Shown: positions 54,701-64,000 of the stretch, one piece after another
Layout: the number at the start of each line of letters is the position of its first letter
Numbering within the stretch: the first letter of the stretch is position 1
Assembly: GCF_000150275.1 (NCBI RefSeq)
Contig: NW_002060948.1
Location: 4,250,395-4,314,394 of the forward strand
Origin: Trichoplax adhaerens
Lineage: Eukaryota; Animalia; Placozoa
Length of the DNA stretch: 64,000 nucleotides
Direction of reading: 5' to 3'
Position numbers and translations under genes: made by a program
The notes under the pieces: generated by a model
Told to the model about the DNA's origin: nothing
Seen by the model: the letters and a program-made list of their open reading frames with translations, nothing else
Database searches by the model: none

Positions 54701-57700
54701 GTTGCTCCGTTAAGGCAAGGTATAGAGGTACATTCTGCAAAATCTACAAAAGTATTTTATAAAATTAGACGGAAATTAAGTCTATAAACTATTGCAATTT
54801 CATTAAAATGTAACAGATTGTTCTGTGTTAAAGAACGCTTATTTGTTGATAAATTCTGTAAAATCTTGTTACAATATAATCAGATTATTTATATTCAGCT
54901 TATTATAATAAAAGATGTAACGAATCTAACCTTGATCACAATTGGTTCCTGTATAACCAGGAGCACATGTACAAGAATAAGTAAATACTCCTGTAGCAGT
55001 ACATGTAGCTCCGTTTTTACAAGGTGCACTTATGCGACATTTATTAGCGTCTAAAGAATAAATAAATAAATGTTAATATAGATCCTCGTTACGATAACTT
55101 GTAACAAGTTGTAATTATCGGTTCAGTATTAGTTACACTGTCATAATCAGTTAAGTAACGAATTACCAGTTTCGCAATGTGTACCAGTCCAATCAGAAGG
55201 ACAATTGCATGTATATCCGTTTATTCCATCAACACATGTAGCATGGGTATGCTGACATGGATTCGATGCGCATTCGTCAATGTCTAGCATTAAATAGGTA
55301 ATATCAAGTCGTGTAAGAAATGGTTAAGCTGATCTTAATTATATAAGTTTTACTTGTGGTACAGATAGCTCCAGTATATCCAGCTGCACACGTGCAATTA
55401 TAATAAAGATGGTAATCGTTGCATGTTGCTCCGTTAAGGCAAGGTGTAGAGGCACATTCAGCAACATCTACAAAAGAATTAGATAAAAGTTAGACGATAA
55501 ATTAGGGTAATAAAAGTTACAGCAATTTCATTACAATGTAACAGTTTTTCTTAGCTATAGAACGCTTATTTGTTAACAAAAACTGTATAATCCTATTGCA
55601 ACATAATCAGATTGTTTATATTGATTTTATTATTAAGGATGATATAAAGAAAACAAACCTTGATCGCAATTGGTTCCTGTATAACCAGAAGTACAAGTGC
55701 ATTTATATGTGCTTACTCCTGTGGCAGCACATGTTGCTCCATTTTTACAAGGTGCACTTCTGCGACATTCATTAGCATCTAAAGAATAAATAAATGTTAT
55801 TATAGATTATATTTACGTTCAATTTTAACAAATTGAGTTTATATTGGCTTAGCATTAATCAAACTGTCATACTAAGTTAAATAACAAATTACCAATGTCG
55901 CAATGTGTGCCAGTCCAGTCAGAAGGACACTGGCATGTATATCCATTTATTCCATCAAGACATGTAGCATAGACATGCTGGCATGGACTGGATGCACATT
56001 CATTAATATCTGGTATTAAATTTGCAAATATTAAGTCTTTCAGCTTATATTTAAAAGCAATCGTCTATTGCAATGAGGTGTATTTAAAGTTTGAGAATAA
56101 TGATCGAAACAGGATATTAACATACTTGAACTACAATCTGATCCGGTATAGCCATTAGCACAACTGCATGTATAACTGTTGACACCATCGACACAAGTTC
56201 CACCATTTTGGCAAGTTATACTGGCACAATCATCAATATCTAAGGATGACAGAGATGAAAACGATACATATGTAAGTGTTTTCTTTAATTTTTCCTTAAA
56301 TATTTTTTATAACGAGTTGGATTCAGAATTCTATCGCAAGTGTATTTAAGCCATGGTATATTCTTCTAGAGAAAAATTCTTACGGAATATTTGCAAGCTA
56401 AGTATACTATGAACGATATGTTTCTATCTTTAATTGTGTATATTAAACCGCAATATATATGCAGATCTAATTACATATGTGAATATTTTCACTTTATCTA
56501 ATTAATAACTTTGGTTTCTTACTAGATGCGCAAGTTGATCCAGTAAAGCCAGTTACACATGCACAAGTATAAGTATTGGTTCCAGTATAGGTACATGTGC
56601 CGCTATTTTGACAAGGAGTACTCGATCGACAAAGATTTCCATCTATTTTTGTAGGAATGTAGATGAGACGTTATACTAAGTATGAATTATTGTAAAACAG
56701 CAATTTGTTATTTAATTAATCAAATCATCTAAAGCTTATTGCAGAAATCCATTCTGACAAGGTATGAATTAATTATCCGTAGATAACAGAATCTTACCGG
56801 TTTCACAGTTAGTCCCAGTCCATTCTTTGGGGCAGGTACAGGAATATGAATTGACGTTGTTATTACAAGTTGCATAAACATGTTGGCATGGATTAGATGC
56901 ACACTCGTTAATGTCTATAGTTAAAAAGTAAATATTGTAATTAGTACGTATGAATCCAATTTCTTCCAGAGTCGGCATTTTATTATATGCGTTATAAAAC
57001 AATTATTAGACTACTAGGCGATTAAAGTTACGCGTACATTCTTTATCGTAAGATAATAGTAGAAATCTTATAGTTAGTTTATGATATACCTGTTTGACAG
57101 TTTGTGTCAGTGTAGCCTGTCACGCAGGAACAAGTGTAAGCATTTGCCCCATTATTTGCACATGTGCCACCATTCTGACAGGGGGTACTACGACAACTAT
57201 TTAAATCTAATTAAATTAAAACAAATAGTTCTTTAATAAGTATATAAGAATTCATGAATTTAATGCAGGCATGTATTTCGTTAATATATAGCTAAAACTG
57301 TCTTTTCGAATATCAATTAGGAACAAGGAATACCTTGAAAAAGTGATGGTTCAATTAATGCAAAAATTAAATTATATTTATAGGAACGCTTAAACTCGAA
57401 GTTTACTTGCACTTAGAACTGCGTTTATCTGGTTAAATGTATTTAATATCTTAGATATCGTATTTATTTGAATATTATCAGATTTATAGATGTAACTCGT
57501 GCAAGTAATGGCGTATTCCTACCGGTGTTACAATCTGTCCCAGACCATGTACTTTCACAAGTAACAGAAACCTTTAATGTAAATTCGGATTTATTATCAG
57601 TGATGGGCCGAGAACCAGTCATGGTGATTGTTGATGAAGATCCAGGTGTAACGTAAAATGTGCTTGAAAGTTTGTCAAGTAAGTCGTCAGCACCATCACT

Positions 57701-58274
57701 ATAATCTTTATCCATAGATGTAATATGTACATTGACATAGCCCTAAAGCAAAGATCTTTGTTACTCCAAAACAAATCGATAATCCAAAATAACTTTAAGT
57801 TACATTTTTAAACACTTACTTCGTATCGTTCACTGATTGAACCTTGATAAGGATTATTTACGCCACTATCTGTTAGCGCTTGACTACTTGTGAAAGTTAT
57901 AGTTTCACCGCCATCCCATACTTTAGTAGTTAGAGAACCATAAGTACATGTATCATTGATATTGCCTTTATTACTGCATAAAATGAAGTAATAGTCGCAT
58001 GAAGAGAAAGTATCGCATTTGCCATTATCCCAGTTGCGTTCATTCTTGTTGTAATATTTTTGAAATTCGTAAGTGACGTAAGCATGAACATCAGCTTCAA
58101 CGTACTGTTATTATTTGGAAAGGTGAGAAGAAAATATTAGGTGCTTTTACTTAAATAATCGATAATTACCGATTTTGGCACTAGATACATTTATTTAAAT
58201 CCGTAGTCGATATAAATAACTAAACAAGGAATTATCAGAATTACTATGCTATCTTCAGTAAAGATAGTCTTCAT
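40516..58274 (-). CDS. Gene B: chimeric membrane protein with a Notch-ligand-like head (C2, about 21 EGF, DOS, about 21 EGF) fused to NIDO-AMOP-vWD-17 EGF-SEA-3 EGF-TM-tail
   Basis: Head exons: 57820-58104, 57523-57742, single-EGF exons to about 54105, 53599-53712, 52697-53494, 51243-51355, DOS 50682-51113, 47836-48864 and 47317-47547. Fibrillin-type cbEGF exons 46714-46836, 46441-46562 and 46149-46271 follow. Then a phase-1 NIDO exon 45833-45960 (ELRLYPYGP...) and a phase-0 terminal exon 40516-45744. The junctions checked are phase-compatible, and no separate signal-peptide exon or terminal exon was seen between head and body. Confidence 0.7.
50682..51113 (-). CDS. Gene B DOS motif exons
   Basis: [22 protein letters not shown]|[20 protein letters not shown]|[24 protein letters not shown], with the same exon structure as 14473-14902. 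Confidence 0.85.
52420..52505 (-). pseudogene. Dead EGF exon inside gene B (homologue of gene A exon about 11679-11792)
   Basis: CTTCAA-TATCGATAACTGCGCTGGACATTCC... versus TTTCAG|ATATCGATGACTGCGCTGGCAATCC. The acceptor G is lost and the exon is frameshifted. Confidence 0.75.
53888..54001 (-). pseudogene. Dead EGF exon inside gene B (homologue of gene A exon 18255-18368)
   Basis: Acceptor TTTAG changed to TTTAA (c-to-t at 54002 on the + strand). Cys-to-Tyr (NCTY vs NCIC) and Gly-to-Glu substitutions. Confidence 0.8.
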
Positions 58275-59234
58275 GATCACAATATTGTCAACAGTTCATT
58301 GTTAATGTAAAAGACATAAGCGGAAAAGGAAAAGTATAATCTAGCAATACACAGCCGCCCCTTCTGTTACAAGGCAGTGTTGATCATGGCTGTACTACGT
58401 TTTGAAACTATAAAGTTGAAGGTTAGGCAGTTGGGCATTATGAAAATTACATTGTTAATCTTTAATTTGATGGAAATGTATTGCATTTTTACTACATTAG
58501 TAAAGAAAGGACTACTTGTAAGAATAATTTTAATCTATGATTTGTAATGCAAATTCTCCCGTAGTACTTCAACTTCTAAACTTTAAGCTTTTGACCTATG
58601 AAGTTAAAAATTACTTAATTCTTTTATATTACAATACTGTGGAATTCTAACGTATAATTGTGGGTGTATAATATGTGATATTAATACTGTATTATTAAAA
58701 GCACGTTGTCGTCGATGATGAATTTGAGTGCGAGAAAGGAATTTATTTATCTTAATACATTCTCATCCTAAAATCTGATGAAATTGATGTAGATGTCAAC
58801 ATCGGGTGAAATCATGTTATCTTATTGTATCTGGTATCGTTCTTTGACCAATATCTTGTATGATTGTTACCGTGATGATGAGTGTCATATCGGGCAATTG
58901 AAGCATGAATTTTTATTATCTTTTCTGTAGGCGTGTGATATTATCTTTATCTTAAAAAGTAATCATTCTAAGAAGTGCATTCGAAGACGCCTCAGCGATA
59001 ATCAGTAACAATCGATAATGTATGATATTACTTTAATTTCTAATCTTAATTGAAGTTAGTAGATAGCATGTTTTAAAGCAGCCGTGATTACATAAAGGAA
59101 CTACAACATCTGGTAAGTGCTTATCAATTAAAATTGTGAACGACGTTATGATATACTAAAGGTATATTATCACTTCCAATAAAGATAAAGAGTAAGCTTA
59201 AGTAATTAAAATTTAGAATAGTGATTTTAATCCT

Positions 59235-60019
59235 TGTAGCGCCGCGTAAATTTTAAGATTCCTTCGGCATTAACTAGCTGAGTAATACTCTAGTTATAAG
59301 TCCTTGGTACTATAAAAAGTAATATTAATCTGTATAATGATTCTACAGTCCTAAGTATCAGGATAATTATCCGGTTCATCTTAGCAGGGTGTTGTTTCTG
59401 GGTTCGATTGATTTTCAAGTAAGAAATTACTATATATTGTTAACATTCGGTATATTTGACGTATTGCATGAGAACTAATTCATCCTCGGATGCGGGAAAT
59501 TCTAGAGGTACTCCGACAAATGTACTAATTGGACTACTTTTACACAAATAATCAATACCTGACCGATATCTGGTAGTCCTTGGCTACTCTTTATTTAAGG
59601 CAAAGTAATGATCCAAAACGACGTAGAATATTATTTGACTTTACGGTCTAACTGAAACAATGTAGATCACGATGGATCTTATTACTGAACGTAACTAAAT
59701 CAAACAGCGCACGTGATGGTGCTTAGACTTCTTAAACAATCATAATTACTTATGATAGCCGATAACTGGCAACTACTAACTGCAACTCTGATGAGTTGAC
59801 TGACTAGAATCGAACCACTACTTTCGACTGTTCTTATCAGGGAGGAGAAGTGATTTACGACGGACCTCCCAGAACGTGATTCGCATAGCGGTTTAATAAA
59901 CCTTTTAAATTTGAAGGCTATATCTATATCGGTTATTCTTATTGTGAGATAAGATAGTGTTTTGTTAATTCTAGCAAATTGAACAAATGTAAGTGAAAAG
60001 AAGTAAGAGAGATCTTACA
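59235..60019 (+). mobile_element. Solo LTR, family 3 (785 bp), with an empty site in the paralogous copy
   Basis: Termini TGTA...TACA; perfect TSD atcct (59230-59234 and 60020-60024); a single atcct at the empty site 23574-23578; TATAAAA at 59311 and AATAAA at 59895. Confidence 0.9.
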
Positions 60020-60534
60020 ATCCTATCGATATAATATAGAAAATTTGCCAAAAGTTTTAATTACTTGGCTAACATCAGTTACTGATTAAGGCATTTTATA
60101 ATAAGATAATAGAAGTCGATATATTCTACATGTCAATGAGCTATACTACCTTGGGCTAAAGAAAAATATGTACGTTTTCGTGCACTAGAATGTTCAGTGA
60201 TATTTATTGAATTACCTGTAAATTAAATAAAGCTAAAACACTTATTAATAGCAATAACTTGATATAGAGACGGATCATTTTTGTCGAAAACTGATTTGAT
60301 ATAATGAACGTTGAAGAGAAGAGACTTCAATGGCTAATTAAATAAAATTGACGCTATGGATTAAATTTTAACCAGGGGCTAAGAGGATTGTAAAGATGAC
60401 AAATAAGGTTTTATTATTGGTTGGGTAATATCTACTGCTGGTAACTTTAAAGTTTAATATACTATTAATTTATCACGCATTTATCTTGGTTTAGGATTAT
60501 GATCAGAATTTAATGGTACAACTTAATAGAAACG

Positions 60535-62190
60535 AAGTAGAAGATCTTACAATGGTTACTATGTATCTTTGAAATAAACATCTTTTGTATCAGGTCGAAA
60601 ATAACTGGATTAAAGCTGTTAGTAAACGATCTAATTAACAATGATGTTGCATTTATTTTCCGGCTTAGTACGGCTAGAACAGGTCAAAAATAATTCACTA
60701 TAGTTACTATTCATGCTTGATATAAGATACAGTAAGCAACTATCGAAAATAATTTAGCAGGATGCAAAGTCGATTTTATAGTTTTTTGCCTATGACAGGC
60801 AAAATATTTTCAAAGTTTAGGATCTTTACTATTTTAATAGAAAAGCTATTAAAGGTTTAATTGCTAGAAGTGTATTATAGTTTTCTTCCTGATACTACCT
60901 GTGATAAAGATTACTACTTTGACTTAATTATTCCCTTGCAATTTCTGCGATAATGACGGGCACTCAATCTTCCGGAGCATCATAATTTCCTCATTGTTAG
61001 GGATAGAAGGAGTGTCTTGAAATATTAATCGAATTTTTTTTTACGATCACTTCCGGAATAGATTACCCCGTCCTTATTAAATAGCTATTAGCCACTTCAT
61101 ACACAAGAAAACTGCAATAATAAGACTAACTGAGATACCTTTTCAGTAATGCCGAATAAAACATCGGAGTTTTAGCGATTTACATTCAGAATATAGGATT
61201 CATAGGTTTCAGTAATACATTTTCATACCTTAAACTGGAATGCCCACAATATCGTAAGACTTAGTAACAGCAACTTAAGTCCTGTTTGTCTCATTTCCCG
61301 AGCTATTTGTAACTGGCTTAAAAGGCTAAAGGTTGGTAGACAAATTATGCTTTTTCTTCTGAGAAAGTGACGCTAATCTTATGCAATACACATCAAAACG
61401 TCAATGATTTATCCTAACATCAGCAGATTTAATGAATCCAGATAGACTAGTAACAGAAACGACGAAATAGATTTAATAACTTTATGAGTTTTACACTAAA
61501 ATCGCTACCTTAAAATTGCTTTCCGACTATTGTATCAGAGTATCGAAAGCTTTCCTAATTATCACAATGCATATAATCCTTTAGGCAATATTGCTTTGTA
61601 TTTAGGTATTAATTACATACTGCGATCTACCATTAATTTGCGTAACAACTCCAGTTGCATAATATTTGTAACAGCTTTAAATCATTAAATCACGATGCCG
61701 CTGGCTAAATTGATTGAAATGCCTACTTCCTTATTTTCTTTGTCAATTAATTATATATGCCCTTGTCTTTCTTTATCATCTACTAATTATATGCATAATA
61801 ATTGCTAATGATTAATTTATGAAATTGGAATATGTTACTTTAAGTTTAATAAAAACTGTTAGAATAATCGCACAATAGATATTAGTAAAAAAACGGAAAC
61901 CATACATAATGCCGAAAGACTTTCTTTTTATGGTTCATGTGGAATTCAAATTGAATGATCTCTTAAATTGCATGGCAATACTTTCAGATACCCCTTGAAA
62001 AAAAAGCTGAATTTGATTTTACATGTTTTAGTTTTCTACACAAATGAAGATTAATACTCTACGGTATGTTTAGAACTAATATATTAGGGCTGGCTGCCCG
62101 CTATTGATATATATGTGCATTGCAGGCATTTTGCAATATGTAGGCAACTTATTAAATTGCAACAATTAGTCAATTATCATAATATCGGAA
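60535..62190. repeat. Diverged non-coding direct repeat, homologous to 37165-38750
   Basis: Collinear similarity with many substitutions and indels; see 37165-38750. Confidence 0.9.
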
Positions 62191-62659
62191 ATGGAATGTT
62201 ATCCTTTTAGAATGCAGCAGACTAATTGAAATTTATAATAGATGTACATATTATAAACAACATTATTCCTGACATACATGAAAATCAAAGCTATAATTAG
62301 CAATGAAGCAGTAGTAGTCATGATAAAGTAATTATAAATAACCGCATAACATTACTTACAATAATAGTTTATCTTGCAATGGTGTTATTTTCATTCAAGC
62401 CTATGATCTCAGTCTCTACAGCCTTTTTTATGATTGTAGTTATGCGACTGAACATTCCATCACGATAACAAAACTGTAAATCAACCTTTATTTCATACGG
62501 GCCGAGACCACTATACATGAATGGCAACCAATGTATTACACTGATTTGTTCTTATAGTAAATTACAGTATATTATTATTTGATAAATAATAGGGCAACGT
62601 TGATATATTAAGCAGAATTACCTTGGGATTACATCCGAACTTCGTGAATAAGTAGGTAG

Positions 62660-63046
62660 TGTAGTACGAGATACGGATAAGCAAAATGAGTTAAGTTGTT
62701 GGCGAGTTTATTTTTAATGATCGAACAGGTCACGAAACGATTGTTGAAGGTGACGTCTGTGATGGAGGGTTCGAAGAGTTAGATAATGTGGTTTTAGTTG
62801 CCATGCAGAGAATTGCACAATGGGCTTAAGAAAAGAGGACACTTTATTGTAGATTGTAGTTAGGTACAGTGTGATAATTACGGTAGGTCAGCGTGGTAGC
62901 TGCCGTGAGTAAAGTGTGAATACTAACTGTGACTAATAATGCAACTTAACAAATCTAAGGTAGAAAACGGCAGTATTTATAGCTATGGTATTAGAACACA
63001 TGCAGAGAACATGATTGTAGGATTAGATACAACATATACCATAACA
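62660..63046 (-). mobile_element. Possible solo LTR, family 4 (387 bp)
   Basis: On the minus strand it begins TGTTAT and ends ACTACA, with TATAAATA (about 62974-62981) followed by AATAAA (about 62843-62848). Flanks are ggtag/ggtaa (5-bp TSD, one mismatch). Confidence 0.5.
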
Positions 63047-64000
63047 GGTAATAGAATAGCAGATGATTGTAGAAAATAGTGAGGACTGTAATAACTAAAT
63101 GTAGTAAGCCATATTTGAATGTGATGCGAACAGACTGTAGATATGTCTAAATATAAGATCAATACAACATGTTTATATTTAAGAGTAGAATATAGTTACA
63201 GTATATTCTAAATACACTGTAACGTCATCGACCCATACTTGGGTATTAACTTCAGGAAATGACTAGTAAAGTCGACAATTATACGAGTATAATCTTATAT
63301 AAAATTCTACAAAAATGTATTTACTGCAATGGCGGTAATTAATGAAATAGGGTATACTTGTGTAATGAAATGAAAAGTGTAGAGATCAATCTACAAAACT
63401 TTAACAAACTTTGATTCTACTTTCATTGCACTCCGGTCGACTTAACGAAACTTTGACACAAAATAAAATTTGGGGAAATAATCGAACAACAATTTATTAC
63501 AAAACAAAATGGAGAGAAGTATAAACCGAACAACCTTACAAATACTTAGCTTTAAGTATTAATAAATGTTACGGTTCATAATTACCGTAAATAAAAAAAA
63601 AAAGATATTCATATTTTTTTTCTAAAGTAGAGTTGTGATATGTCAAGTCGTTAATGGATTTCCATTAACGAATGTGTAATAAAGATTGTCACACTTGATT
63701 AGTGAGTTGTTAAGTAACAAGTCTAGTTGATTTGTTAATTGGAGTAAGAGTGGTAAACACTCAATATTAATTTACAGATATTTATTCTATACTGACTATC
63801 ATAAATATATGTTATACAAAACCAAGTATATTATAAATAGAATTATGCCGATAGAAACTGGCACAGGTATATAAGAGCGTGCCTTTAATCATAGAAGGAG
63901 GTCTGATATTACATTGCCAAGTAGTATATTCTATCGTTCGAATAAAGAGGATTTATGAAGTCATCTGGATATACTCATTGCTGAATAAGGTCGTATACTA

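Larger units (their letters stand above)
53880..60420. repeat. Segmental duplication copy 2 (gene B 5' exons and upstream region), interrupted by a solo LTR
   Basis: Collinear with 18250-23990 apart from the 59235-60019 insertion and small indels. Confidence 0.95.

Noticed and set aside
1-64000. Prokaryotic features (CRISPR arrays, operons, IS elements), rRNA and tRNA genes
   Set aside because: The sequence is spliceosomal-intron-rich animal DNA. The periodic repeats are EGF exons, and no RNA genes were recognised.

Overview
AT-rich eukaryotic (animal) genomic DNA with many short GT-AG introns. The style suggests a placozoan such as Trichoplax, but that is inference only. All supported genes are on the minus strand. 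The window is mostly a recombining tandem cluster of atypical Notch-ligand-like genes. Gene A (5397-22644) is a giant Jagged/Serrate-like gene: C2/MNNL, 25 single-EGF exons, DOS, about 43 EGFs, vWC, TM and a long Tyr-rich tail. It lacks the DSL core and has one in-frame TGA at 9098-9100. A decayed paralogue of the same head lies at 28898-36893. Gene B (40516-58274) appears chimeric: a near-identical copy of the gene A head splices in phase onto a MUC4/SUSD2/Mesh-type NIDO-AMOP-vWD(GDPH)-EGF-SEA(GSII)-EGF-TM body, most of it in one 5.2-kb exon. The cluster shows hybrid exons, dead exons, EGF-triplet higher-order repeats and apparent sequence exchange between paralogues. Five solo-LTR-like elements with 5-bp TSDs (two with one mismatch) lie between the genes. 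An intron-containing, apparently inactive tyrosine-recombinase-fold gene lies at 1196-3568. Gene models were built by hand from splice sites and phases, without transcript data.
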